From Saprolegnia diclina VS20 (taxonomy: Eukaryota), in contig NW_008246139.1 in the NCBI RefSeq assembly GCF_000281045.1, forward strand, positions 151,362-206,545: a DNA stretch of 55,184 nucleotides. Reading direction: 5' to 3'. Each line of letters starts with the position of its first letter. Position 1 is the first letter of the stretch. The translations under genes and the position numbers were made by a program. Below the pieces are notes generated by a model. That model was not told where the DNA came from and made no database searches. It saw nothing but the letters and a program-made list of their open reading frames with translations. Positions 1 through 10,924 of the stretch are shown here, in pieces.

Positions 1-460
1 CAGCAGCACGCGCTCGGTGGCCGAGAGGTGGAGAATGTCCGAGGATAAGAACGACGCGTCCGGCGGCGTGCCGGCCATGACCATCGCCCGGTCCACGTCG
101 TCCATGGCGGCCGCGTCCTGCGCGAGACCAAGTGGCGACAACTGGAAGGTCTGTGTCTCGTGCTGGAAGCGCAAGTCGCAGATCGCCCATGGCGTCGTCA
201 CGAGAAGGCTAGGCAGCAGATGGACATAGGCGATGGATGAAAGCAGCGTCGTACCGGTCGGCGGCGATGGGCTGCAGCGAGAAGGCGCCGACGTCGCGAT
301 CTTGCAGCGACGTGGTCTCGATCGGCTCAATGTCGCCGGAAGACGGACGGCGCAGGCTCGAGCGCTTGGGCGTCGCTGCTTTGGGCGGCTCGGCCACCGG
401 CGCCGATGGCAGCGGCGCGGGCGCCGGGTACCGGAAGAGCCACGATTGCCCGTATCCCAT
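1..460 (-). CDS. 5' part of a spliced gene of unknown function running off the left edge; exon 460..255, intron 254..209, exon 208..<1
   Basis: ATG at 460. A 46-nt GTAC...CTAG intron removes the stop at 209-211 and gives an open frame to the window edge (...PIAADR/LLVTTPWAICDLRFQHETQTFQLSPLGL...). Product not recognised. Confidence 0.7.
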
Positions 461-864
461 CGTCAGTGTGCAGTTGTCAAGTCAAGCAAAATTCCAGAGA
501 TTCCACCAATCCCAGCCGTTGTATCTTGCCATTTCAACCAATCCAAGAGCAGACTATTTCTTTCGGCATATGCCACGAATAAATACCACATCGCGACCAA
601 GCACAAGCACGGAGCTACGACTGTAGCTTCTCTAGAATGATCGTATTGGTCACCATCTTCCACTCGATCCATGCACGAGACAACTCTCTTTCGCGAATAG
701 CGGCCCGCAAGGACATACGTTGCCGACAGCACGCTCGCCGGACGCCATGGCCATCATGCCGAAAATAAAGCATTTTGAAACAACCCAATCACAAGCAGGT
801 ACAATCCCGTACGCGCGCTGTGATTGGCTGCGCCTTTATCACCAGTCCATTGCCGGATCGCAAG
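461..864. promoter_or_regulatory. Divergent promoter region with CCAAT boxes
   Basis: 404 bp between head-to-head ATGs (460 on -, 865 on +). CCAAT at 506, 538 and 785; TGATTGGCTG at 821-830. Confidence 0.5.
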
Positions 865-1798
865 ATGGCCGACGAGTGGACCTTCGTCGGGCGCAAGCAG
901 AAGAAGAGCTTCAAGCCCAAGACGCCGGCAGCGCCCAAGGCGCCAGCGGGCCCGGCCTTTTCCTACACGGAGAAGCCGGCGGCCAAGGCGTCGACGGCGA
1001 CCAACATCGCCAAGGCCATCGACCGTGCGCGCAAGCTTCGCGATGCCATGCGTACCTCGAGCTTCTTTGAACGCATCCGCGCAGTTCTTTTGGCGCATCT
1101 GCCGCTCGAAACGCCGCTGCAGCTCGTGGCCTACGGCGTCGGGTCGTTCGCGCATGGCCCAAGCGGCAATGCCATTTACCAGCTCGTGTGCGCGTCGCTG
1201 CTGCGCGAGCTCCTCGCCGGCCATGACGCGCTCGCCGACGCCTTCATTTACGACCCGATCATGACCGAGGTAGAAAGGCAGTGCCTCCAGATCGAAGGAT
1301 GCGATTGATGTGTAGGAGGACAACGAGGTGGCGGCCGCCATGGACCTCTCGGTTCTTCCGACGAACGAGCAAGGCCAGCGCACGGCACAGACGCGGACGC
1401 TCTTCTTCATGCCGCACTGCGGCAAGCAGTTGTACCAAAACGTCCTATTGAGCAATTGGCCTTCGCTCGAGAAGATTTGCATCTTGGGCAACAGCTTTGC
1501 AGCGTACGACGACCGCCTCCTCGTCAAGGCGGACCGGGCCAAGTCGATCTTCAGCGCGCTCGTCCCGTTTACGACCGAGGTGGCGCTCGGTCCATGCGAC
1601 AAGGCGGTGCGCGACCACGTGCAGTACGACGCTGCGTTCAACGACACGAGGTACGATCAACGAGACGACGCCTTGTGTCGACACTGCTGTAGTTTGCACG
1701 TCTTCTCCGATGCGCAGCTGCGCGCAGCGAGGGACTCTGGCCTTTTCGAAAAGGACGTCGACGCATTTGACGTCGGCACGGACGAAGACCTTGTGTAA
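865..1798 (+). CDS. SRR1: SRR1/BER1-like protein, 281 aa; exons 865-1269, 1316-1650, 1693-1798
   Basis: Family motifs YGVGSF..QL, YDP, NEQGQR, TLFFMPHC, LYQNVLLSNW, GNSF, AFNDTSLH. GT-AG introns 1270-1315 (46 nt) and 1651-1692 (42 nt) restore the frame (846 nt). Confidence 0.88.
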
Positions 1799-2606
1799 TT
1801 GTAATACGTGTCTACCAGGCTCGACGCAACCTACAAGCTTGGCAGGTTTCAGCACACCTTCGCAGCTACGGACAAGGCTAGGAGCAGCGCGTCTGCCACA
1901 CACAAACCTTGGTAGATCCTAGAGAACATGGCTTTGGAACAAACCACAACGCTTGGCTCGTATCGCAACCGGATAATTGGCGCGAAATGACCATCAGTCG
2001 GCGCATGCCGGCGCATTCCGCCAGCGCACACTGCGACTGCTCGTGAGAGGATGCAGTTATGGATGGTCTTGTGCTTGCAGTGGTTCTTGCGCCCTTTCTA
2101 TGTCCTTGCCGTCGCTGTCGAGTAGAGAGCAACGCCAAGGTTAGGAACAGCAGACAGTGTCTACGGCTCCTAGCGGACAGAGACCGTGTCCACTAGACTA
2201 GCCAATCGTCGCTGCGACCAACAAAGATTTGAAACAAACATCGCGAGCCGCACAAGAGGCACGACCTCTACCGCGAACCGCAATCAGTGCGCGTCACGGC
2301 GCCGCGTGTCACAGCTGCGGTTACGAAACTTTGCTGGACAAACTTGTCTTGTGGTCCACGCCTCAGGACACAACATCACCGAACCACCCTTCGTGGTCGA
2401 CTTGTCGCCGGCGCTCGCTGCATACGCCAGCGTCGACCTGCACATAGTCGTGCGCATGGAGGCGACACAATGTCGTCGCGAGATATGGACAGCGTCCCAC
2501 AATCTCCTAGGTGTAGCGACATCCATGATATCCGTTGCTCATGCTTGCTTGCGAGAGGATGCTCTCAAGTGCACCATTCCACCGACCTCGCGACATTGCA
2601 CATGTT

Positions 2607-2624
2607 GCTTCATTTCCCCACTTG
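2607..2624 (+). promoter_or_regulatory. Oomycete Inr/FPR-like core promoter element
   Basis: GCTTCATTTCCCCACTTG about 15-30 nt upstream of ATG 2638, resembling the oomycete YCATTYY..WTTY core element. Confidence 0.45.
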
Positions 2625-2637
2625 CTACCAAGTACTC

Positions 2638-3918
2638 ATGCACCTTCGGTTCTTGACGGTCGCGGCCGCCACGTCGTCGGCCGTCGCCTGGAACATGGCG
2701 CCCGTCCGCTCGATCCAAGCGCGCGTCCAGGGCGACACGCCGGTCTATAATGCGGCGCACGATGCGTTCGTCTCATCGTACTACAAGACGTTCGAGGACC
2801 AGTACAACGGCGTGATGGACACGGTCAACCTCGCGAGCGTCGAAGGCGCGCTCAAGTACGTCCAGTCCGAGTGCATTGCGAGTCCGACGCCCGACTGCCA
2901 GCGCAAGAACAACGTCAAGAACATTGTGTTTTACGACATTACGATCGTCCAGCCGAACGCGTCGCTCGCACAGTTTCAAACCAACCAAGCCGTGTACCCC
3001 GAGTATGGCCCGTACCTCGCCATGGACAGCGGCGCGTGCACCGCGTCGGGCTCGACACTGCCCACCGAGTGCCTTCAGTACAACGGCCTCAACGGCACGG
3101 CCAACCTCGGACCGTTCGTCGGCGGTGTCACCTCGACGGCCGACGCCCGCGCCTTGTACCCCAACACGATTTGGTTTTCGTACCCCAACAGCTGCGTGCA
3201 GTCCACATGGAGCACCAAGACAGCGGCGTGCCGCCAGCAGTTTACCGGTGGTCTCTGCCCGTTCGGTGTCAAGCCCGACGGTGTCAAATGCACGTACTCG
3301 TACACGATCCTTGGCTGGGTCGCGCTCGACGACGTCGTCGGTATCACGAGCATGACCAACTTGAATACGAACGCGCCGTTCAAGGACTTTAAGGAGTTTT
3401 GCACGGCCAAGAAGATCGAGTTTGGCGTCACGACGGCCGCCAACGGCTCGTTCGTCGACGTCCAGTCCGACTTGACGTTTTGGGACAACCCGAACGACGT
3501 GGCGGCCAACACAGCCCGCGCCCAGGCTGTCGTTGACATGTACACCAAGACACAAAAGGCACCGATGAAGCCGCTCCCGACCATCGAGGCGCTCAATGCC
3601 GCCAACCCGCCGTGTTACAAGAACGCCAAGCGCTGCTACGACGCGCCGTTTGGCTGCCGCCGCTCCTTGTACGCGCAGGTGTGCGAGGTATGTACGTCGG
3701 CGTCGCCCGACTGCGTCGTCAAGGACCCGAGCTACACGTTCCCGGCGCTCGTGCTGGCGACCGCACCGCCGACAACCGCGCCCCCCGCCGGCGCCCCTGG
3801 TGCCCCCGGTGCGGCTGGCAACAGCAACAACAACAATGGCCCCAAGGCGTCGTCAGCATCAACGATGTTGCCGGCGGTGGGTGCGATGGCTGTGGCTGTG
3901 GCCGCCATGCTTCAGTAG
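2638..3918 (+). CDS. Secreted Cys-rich, probably GPI-anchored protein of unknown function, paralog A (426 aa)
   Basis: Signal peptide MHLRFLTVAAATSSAVA|WNMAP; Cys-rich core (WFSYPNSC, GGLCPFG, ANPPCYKN, PFGCRRSLYAQVCEVC); P/T/A/G linker; hydrophobic tail KASSASTMLPAVGAMAVAVAAMLQ. Start set by alignment with paralogs B and C. Confidence 0.88.
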   Translation: MHLRFLTVAAATSSAVAWNMAPVRSIQARVQGDTPVYNAAHDAFVSSYYKTFEDQYNGVMDTVNLASVEGALKYVQSECIASPTPDCQRKNNVKNIVFYDITIVQPNASLAQFQTNQAVYPEYGPYLAMDSGACTASGSTLPTECLQYNGLNGTANLGPFVGGVTSTADARALYPNTIWFSYPNSCVQSTWSTKTAACRQQFTGGLCPFGVKPDGVKCTYSYTILGWVALDDVVGITSMTNLNTNAPFKDFKEFCTAKKIEFGVTTAANGSFVDVQSDLTFWDNPNDVAANTARAQAVVDMYTKTQKAPMKPLPTIEALNAANPPCYKNAKRCYDAPFGCRRSLYAQVCEVCTSASPDCVVKDPSYTFPALVLATAPPTTAPPAGAPGAPGAAGNSNNNNGPKASSASTMLPAVGAMAVAVAAMLQ

Positions 3919-5366
3919 AGGACGCCTTTATCGACTACAAATATATACACCAACGTTACCCTGTTTCTTGATGAAGCTCGCTCAAAAGCGTTGACGCGCT
4001 CACGTTTCCCAAGGTCGAAATTGCTGCCCTCGCCACCGCTAGCTGCACCAGCACACGCCACCATGCAAGAACTCGTTCATCGTGCAAAATTGCAGCAGAG
4101 AAGAGTCGCCCAATGTATCCAGAGGTGTCTATGATACGACAACGACGGTAGCGCGCTGCACTAACGTGGGTTGGGTCGTCGTCTCTGTGCCGTCTGAAGG
4201 CGCCTTCCTTGCTCGTCTCGGTGGGAAGCTGTCAATTCGCACTATACGTACAGTGCTGCTCTGCTCCTAACGTTATCGCATTTCGGAGGGGACCACAAGG
4301 ACCACCCATTTTTTGAAAACATATCTGCCTAGAGAAACAAAGACACGAGGTTTCCGTTTGATCATCTTTTTGCTTGTCGCCGAGACCTGATACATTTCTT
4401 GATCGCGCGGGTTCACCCTCTGCGTGAGTAGCCTCCTCGAGCTCTTCAACGACCAGCGATGGGGCATGCGCAAGACCTTGGGCGTTGATCCCAAGGGCTA
4501 CTCTAGCGCCTCCTTGTCTCTGACACCTGCAGTGGCTCGTCGCTGGCCCTGCCTGGTACCGGTGATCAGAACACCGTCGTCTGTCAACGCCGGTGGTCCA
4601 AGGAAGGAAAATGAAAATTTCAACAAGTTGTTGGTCGACTTGCTCACGTCAGAGACGGGAGCAGGTGGACGTTGCGTAATTGGCCTGCGTCACCTATCTA
4701 CACGCATTGTTCCTTCAACTTCGTGATGACGAGCTCGAACAGTGTTTGGCCGGCCTTCGAAAGCTCTTACGTTGCGCTGGTCGTTTTCACTGGTGGTCGA
4801 GGCATGTCAGTCGCAACGTGTTTGATTTTGTTAGCATAGGAAGACGTTATCACTGCCTCACTCAGACGGTTTGTGGGAGAAATTGGTCATCTGAGTCGAC
4901 GCCACGTCACTGGCACCAGCTGGTAGTATGGCCACCGCTGTTTGCGCCTCGTTGCAGCGACTCGCGGCCACCATGAACCTCCCAACCGCCACTTGCTTGG
5001 CCTTATCTGCTGCAAACGCCGTATCATTTGAACATGCGCAACAGCGCTTAAACTGTATTATTGCCAAGTCTTCCGCAATAGAATGGTCTAGCCAGAATGC
5101 GACCAATCGCCAGATCCTTTGCAGTAGCTGGTCAGGAGTGGGACTTGCGTGCGTCGGCACGTAACGTGATCGCGGGTAGGGTACGGAGAGATCGCCCTTG
5201 GGCCAGACAATCATGACTGCACATGGGTGACTCGTGTTCTTCTATGTGGTTGAACGTGTCGGACCTTCAACGAGTCGCCATCCCGAGCAACTCTGCGATG
5301 GTCCTAGAACGCGCCCCACTTTCTTTTTCAGTTTTCATTTGTCGCTCTCGAGCCGAGTCGGTTTCG

Positions 5367-7103
5367 ATGACGACGCTGCCCAAGGAGATCGGGACCATGG
5401 ACCTTGAAGAGCGCGTCTCGTACATTCAGTCGGCGACCCGCGACAAGAGAGAGAGCACCAACGACGACTACGTCGATGCCAAGACGCCGATGGATCTCGA
5501 GGACGGTGCGCTCGTCGCTGGTGGCGCGCTCGCAATGTTTTCGCGCGAAGCGCTGGGTCTCTTTTCGCAGTACTTTGCGATCGGGATTCTCTACGGCATG
5601 CTACCGGGGCTCAACTACCCAGTCTTCAACAATTACTTGCACATGGAAGGCTACCAAACTTCTGCGTACGGTGTCCTCGTCACGCTTGGCTGGTCGTTCA
5701 AAGTGTTTTACGGCATGCTCTCGGACTGCGTGCCCATCTTTGGCTACCGCCGCAAGCCGTGGATGCTTCTCGGGTGGGGTGTCGCCACACTCTGCCTCTG
5801 CATCATGACGTTCTCACCGTTTCCCGCGCCGTACTGCGACGCCCGCGAAATCAAGTGCCCCGCGGTCACGCCGCCGCTCAAGAACCTCACGGCAAAAGGC
5901 TGGGACAAGTGGTACAACTTTGAGGCGCCCAACGGCGGCACCAAGTTCATCGTGCTCTCGGTCATTGTTGGCTTTGGCTACGTCATGGCCGACTGCGCGG
6001 CGGACGCAATGGTCGTCCAGTACGCCCAGCGCGAGCCGCTCGCGATTCGCGGCCGCACCCAGACCGCCATCTACATTCTCCGCTACCTGGGGCAAATGGT
6101 GTCGCAGATCTGTACGGCGTTCCTTCTCAACGGCAAGGAGTACGGCGGGTCGTTCAACTTTGCCGTGAGCGTCAACGTCATGTACGGCATCTGCCTCGTG
6201 CCGTGCGCGCTCATCGTCTTCAGCACCTTCTTCATCCTCGTCGAAGTCAAGACCGAGCGGACTCCGTTCCGCGCGTGGGTCGCCAACTTTTGGGGGCTTC
6301 TCCAGAGCCGTGTCATGTGGCAGATCTGCGCCTTCAAGTTCTTGAACCAGGTCTTTGGCGCGTTTGGTGCGACGCCGGCGACGCCCATTGCACGCACGTG
6401 GGCTGGCGTCGAGCCGCTCAACGAAGCGCTCTCCGGTGTCCTCGGCTCGTTCATTGTGTCGGTCATCATGGCGATCGTCGGCAAATGGGGTCTGCACTGG
6501 AACTGGCGCTGGGTCATTGCGCTCAGCACGGTTGGCATCCTCACCATCGATGCGTGCGTGGTGTTTGTCACGATCTGGGAAGTCTTTCGCAACCAGTGGT
6601 TCTACAATGGCGTTGCGCTCACCGAGAACGTGCCATCCGGTATCCGCTTCATCGTCGCTACGTACTGCGCGGTTGAGATTGCCGATGTGGGCAACGAAGG
6701 CGCGACGTACGGCTTGGTGACGACGGTCAACAACCTCGCGACGCCGTTCGCGTCGGTCCTCTTCAAGCTCGTCGACTCGTTCTTTGATGTGTCCCAGACC
6801 GACATTGGCCGCGACGACACGCGCGTGCGCTGGGAGGTGACGTACACGTTTCTCATCTCGTATGCCTCCAAGCTCGCGGCGCTCGGCTGGCTCTTTATGC
6901 TGCCACCCCAAAAGGCCGAGATGCAGGAGCTCAAGAAGCGCGGTGGCAAGAGCAAGCTTGCCGGTGCCATCTTGATTGCGATCTTTGTCATTGCGCTCGT
7001 CTTCTCGGTGTCGACCAACTTTATGTCGATTTACCCGTCGACCAAGTGCTATCGCATCGCCGGCGGCAAGGGTTACTTCCCCAACGGCACGTGCATCAAG
7101 TAG
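5367..7103 (+). CDS. Folate-biopterin transporter (BT1/FBT)-like MFS membrane protein
   Basis: About 12 hydrophobic segments; motifs GWSFKVFYGMLSDCVPIFGYRRKPWM, ADCAADAMVVQYAQREP..RGRTQT, EIADVGNEGATYGLVTTVNN. Start is 5367 or 5397. TCAGTTTTCATTT Inr-like element near 5328; AATAAA at 7208. Confidence 0.8.
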   Translation: MTTLPKEIGTMDLEERVSYIQSATRDKRESTNDDYVDAKTPMDLEDGALVAGGALAMFSREALGLFSQYFAIGILYGMLPGLNYPVFNNYLHMEGYQTSAYGVLVTLGWSFKVFYGMLSDCVPIFGYRRKPWMLLGWGVATLCLCIMTFSPFPAPYCDAREIKCPAVTPPLKNLTAKGWDKWYNFEAPNGGTKFIVLSVIVGFGYVMADCAADAMVVQYAQREPLAIRGRTQTAIYILRYLGQMVSQICTAFLLNGKEYGGSFNFAVSVNVMYGICLVPCALIVFSTFFILVEVKTERTPFRAWVANFWGLLQSRVMWQICAFKFLNQVFGAFGATPATPIARTWAGVEPLNEALSGVLGSFIVSVIMAIVGKWGLHWNWRWVIALSTVGILTIDACVVFVTIWEVFRNQWFYNGVALTENVPSGIRFIVATYCAVEIADVGNEGATYGLVTTVNNLATPFASVLFKLVDSFFDVSQTDIGRDDTRVRWEVTYTFLISYASKLAALGWLFMLPPQKAEMQELKKRGGKSKLAGAILIAIFVIALVFSVSTNFMSIYPSTKCYRIAGGKGYFPNGTCIK

Positions 7104-7533
7104 ATCACCATTGCGTCGCTTGTATCCCACCATAATGTCAGTGTCGTCTTCTTCATGCCAATTCTCTGCTGACAGCAGATGCGTCCGCAGCGTGCCACGT
7201 TTCTATCAATAAAGCGCGCCACGTCATTTTGAAAAGCGAAACTGCCTGATGCTTTGGCAAATTTGGCAAAGAGGCAAAGAGGACGTAAACGCGTCAACGA
7301 GAAGTATACGTACACTTGCCGTCAAGAAGTGTGGCGATCGTCCGTGTTTGATCGAACGGGTTTGGGTACTGGTACTTGCACACGTCACACTCTCCGACGT
7401 AGCTTGCTGGCATCGCTACCAAGAAAAGGGCAAGCGCACCATCGTCCATTCGAACAACAATTGCACTCTGCAACATGTTTCTCAAACGACGTGCATGACC
7501 AGCCAAGCGAGGTGTCGTGTCGTGGTTTGAATT

Positions 7534-7586
7534 TGGTGACTGGCGGACGGAGGGTGTCCATGTCCGCCTCCGTCCGCCAGTCACCA
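7534..7586. repeat. Perfect 20-bp inverted repeat (hairpin) with 13-nt loop
   Basis: TGGTGACTGGCGGACGGAGG (7534-7553) pairs exactly with CCTCCGTCCGCCAGTCACCA (7567-7586). Confidence 0.9.
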
Positions 7587-8314
7587 CACACCAGATCTTA
7601 TTTCGTCACCAAACATCCTGCACCGATCTTGGCTGCGAAGTCGGCCACGGAATTTTCGAGGATGATAGCGATCCGCACAATGCGAGGCGAGACACGGACC
7701 GTTCGTCGGACGGCCGACCCCAAACCAACTCCAACTCCAACCTCGACGCTAAAGTTTGTGGAGCGGCTTGTGCAAGCTATTATTTAATAATATGCACGTT
7801 TGGATTCGTGCATTTTGGCTTTGGACAGCCACCACGTCCAGCATTGCACCGCCGTCCACCACACATTTCGCCACATGGCGTGAGATTCCAACCTGTATCC
7901 CAGAAGTGTATATTTCAAAAATTTGCTTTTGCAACACCACGACCCTCGATTCCTCTGTGAAAACACACATTTAACCACTCCATCCTTGTCAAATGCTGTA
8001 CATGTCCTCGACATTGTTGCTGTCCTTGTCGGGTCGGACAAAATTCCTTCCACAATTTGCGTCATCCGGCGTCGAATATTTGACGGGGGCGGCGGCCACG
8101 GGAGGCGCACTCGATATATATCTTCGATATCCATAAACACCTTGCTATTTGAATCACGAATCGAAGTTGAAGCACGCTCATACTATATTCAAGATACAAC
8201 TGTAGCGCGCTATCGCTCATATTGACGTATCATTAGCATACAAACCACAAGTGGTTGGTCTCACTCCTCCCCAACCCGAGCTGCTGCTAGTGACTCAGTT
8301 TTGAATCATCCACC

Positions 8315-9616
8315 ATGCGTCTGAGCCTCGCCACGACCGTCGCCGCAGCCGGCCTCCTGCCTACGTACGCCTGGAACATGGCGCCCGTGCGCTCGATCCA
8401 GGCCCGCGCCCAGGGCGACACGCCGGTGTGGGATGCGACCAACAAGGCGTTCGTCTCGGCGTACGGCAAGACGTTCGCCGATCAGTACACGGCCGTGCTC
8501 GACACGGTCAACACGGCGAGCGTCGAAGGCGTCCTCAAGTACGTCCAGTCCGAGTGCATCAATGCGCCGGACCTCCAGCTCTGCCAGCGCAAGAACAAGG
8601 TCAAGAACATCGTCTTCTACGACATTACGATCGCGCAGCCGAACGCGTCGCTCGCACAGTTTGCCACCAACACGGACGTGTACCCCGAGTATGGTCCGTT
8701 CCTTGCCATGGACGGCGGCGCGTGCTCCGCGTCGGGCACGTCGCTGCCCACCGAGTGCCTCCAGTACAACGGCCTCAACGGCACGGTCGACCTCGGCCCA
8801 TTCGTCGGCGGTGTGCGCTCGACGACCGACGGCCGCGCCTTGTACCCCAACACGATCTGGTTTTCGTACCCCAACAGCTGCGTGCAGACCAAGTGGAGCG
8901 GCAAGACACCGGCGTGTCGCCAGCAGTTTACCGGTGGTCTCTGCCCGTTCGGTGTCAAGCCCGACGGTGTCAAATGCACGTACTCGTACACGATCCTTGG
9001 CTGGGTCGCGCTTGACGACGTTGTCGGTATCACGAGCATGACCAACCCTGCGACGAAGGCGCCGTTTGCCAACTACAGCGAGTTTTGCAACGCCAAGCTC
9101 ACCGAGTTCAGCGCGCCGCTGCTCTCGAACAACTCGTGGGGCGAAGTCACGTCCAACTTGACCTTCTGGAACAGCCCGAACGACGCCGCCGCCAACCAAG
9201 CGCGTGCGCAGGTCGTGGTCGACACGTACAGCTCGAAGCTCTCGGGCAACATGGTCGCGATCCCGACGATCAAGGAGCTCACGGCCGCCAACCCGCCGTG
9301 TTACAAGAACTACAAGGCGTGCTACGATGCGCCCTTTGGCTGCCGCCGCACCTTGTACGCGCAGGTGTGCGAAGTGTGCACGTCAGCGGCCGCCGACTGC
9401 GTCGTCAAGGACTCGAGCTACTCGTTCCCGGCGCTGACGCTGGCGACGATGCCGCCGACGATTGCGCCGACGACCAAGACGCCAGGTGCGCCGGGTGCTC
9501 CGGGTACGTCGGGCAGCACCCAAGGCGGAAGCACGCCGGCGCCCAAGGCCTCGGACGCGTCGTCCCACGATGTGATTGGCGCTGTTGCAATCGTGGCGCT
9601 CGCGACAATGTGGTAA
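8315..9616 (+). CDS. Secreted Cys-rich, probably GPI-anchored protein, paralog B (433 aa)
   Basis: Intact ORF, collinear with paralog A; signal peptide, T/P/G/S linker, tail KASDASSHDVIGAVAIVALATMW. Confidence 0.9.
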   Translation: MRLSLATTVAAAGLLPTYAWNMAPVRSIQARAQGDTPVWDATNKAFVSAYGKTFADQYTAVLDTVNTASVEGVLKYVQSECINAPDLQLCQRKNKVKNIVFYDITIAQPNASLAQFATNTDVYPEYGPFLAMDGGACSASGTSLPTECLQYNGLNGTVDLGPFVGGVRSTTDGRALYPNTIWFSYPNSCVQTKWSGKTPACRQQFTGGLCPFGVKPDGVKCTYSYTILGWVALDDVVGITSMTNPATKAPFANYSEFCNAKLTEFSAPLLSNNSWGEVTSNLTFWNSPNDAAANQARAQVVVDTYSSKLSGNMVAIPTIKELTAANPPCYKNYKACYDAPFGCRRTLYAQVCEVCTSAAADCVVKDSSYSFPALTLATMPPTIAPTTKTPGAPGAPGTSGSTQGGSTPAPKASDASSHDVIGAVAIVALATMW

Positions 9617-10020
9617 TTAGTGGGCTTCATCCTGGGTGACTCGAATGACATATTTCTTCATTAACTTTGTGGACTGATGACGTGGCAGTATCTCGTGGTA
9701 GCACAGCTTGGAGCACTGCAGTGCAACCGGGTACGAGACGAGGGCGAAGCGAAATCGTTGCGACGTCCGTGTTGTAGGATCGCATGCCCCAACAATGACG
9801 CACTCGGCGGGATGCGTGACGTGGCAGCGTCACATGCTTCTATTTGCTGCTGAGACACCAAAATGCATATTTGGATTCCTGGAGCTTTGCGGCGGCACCC
9901 GAGCAGCATCGGCGAGGAGTCGCGAGGCGTGCAAGGCACAGTCGTTTGCATGACGCGCCTCCTCACCACGAGCTATCGGACCCGACTTACCCGCGACTTA
10001 GCAGCTGCCGCCACTCGCCG

Positions 10021-10152
10021 GCTGCCAACCGGGCGCTGGGACGCCTCGATCTCCGCGGCAACGCCATCAGAACGATCGGTGTCGTGGCCATTGGCACCAG
10101 CATCGCGACCAATGCGAACTTGGAAGAGCTCTACTTGCGTTGAAACGACCTT
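10021..10152 (+). pseudogene. Relic of an RNI/NLRC3-type leucine-rich repeat gene
   Basis: Translates as AANRALGRLDLRGNAIRTIGVVAIGTSIATNANLEELYLR*NDL, a 28-aa RNI-type LRR period. In-frame TGA at 10141; no coherent flanking ORF. Confidence 0.6.
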
Positions 10153-10924
10153 CGGCACAGTCGACGGAAAGCCCGCAGGAATCCAGCCGAGCACGACGCG
10201 CATGCAACACGAGCTTGGCACTCAAGAGGTCGTGCGTGCGACACCCCAGCAATGCGTTGCGGCTGCGGCGAGGTGCCCGGAACAAGCCCAAGCGAATCTA
10301 GTCGAGCATTAGAGGTTATAGGTTAGGCAAATGCACATTAGCACGAGTCATCACCCTCTACTTTGCGCACTGCAGACACGCTAAGCCAGAAAGGCGCACG
10401 CCGCGCTAGGCAGGTAGCGCCTTGATGACGCTTGCTATGGCGTTGGCCGTGTGCGTCGGCGCGAAGCATGGATACAGTCCAGTGACACCTCGTCACAGGC
10501 GGGGTGTATCTCGCCCCCGTCAAGCCCATGCTAAGCCAATATGCGCAGCAGTCCACAGAGTCCACGGCGCCAAGCCGGCTCGTGCCCACTCGCCAGCTCC
10601 CCTTGCCAGCGTGTGTGGCTGCCTGGGCCTGCGACCCGCGACACGCGAGCCCACTCTCCTCGGCGGCCACTTGAAGTTGGGTGCGTTGGGAGGGGGGACA
10701 TGAAGGCGCACTCTATATATATTCATTTGCAATACAAACATCAAGTGTATTTTCAGCCGCCTATCACCCACATAGAGAAAACAAGTTCTCAAGTGGAGCG
10801 GGCCCTCTGGCGGATGATATTCGATTGCCATACAAACAGCAGGTAATGGCGATCTTTCGCAAGTCCCTCCTGGCGCAAATGACGGACGGCGGCCATGCGC
10901 CCGATAGTCATTCGCCAACGTACC

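Noticed and set aside
2287..2637. N-terminal extensions given by the ORF track (2287, 5223, 12252, 14311, 28993, 32577, 37733)
   Set aside because: Not conserved among paralogs, poor codon bias, several begin at non-ATG codons, and Inr-like elements lie near the downstream ATGs.
4273..4800. Protein-like short frames (ENFNKLLVDLL; YLHALFLQLRDDELEQCLAGLRKLLR)
   Set aside because: May be decayed coding DNA, but there is no identifiable family or coherent gene model.
4858..5130. Ankyrin-like relic on the minus strand (DLAIIQF..C...A.AADKAKQVAVGRFM)
   Set aside because: Resemblance too weak to support without a profile search.
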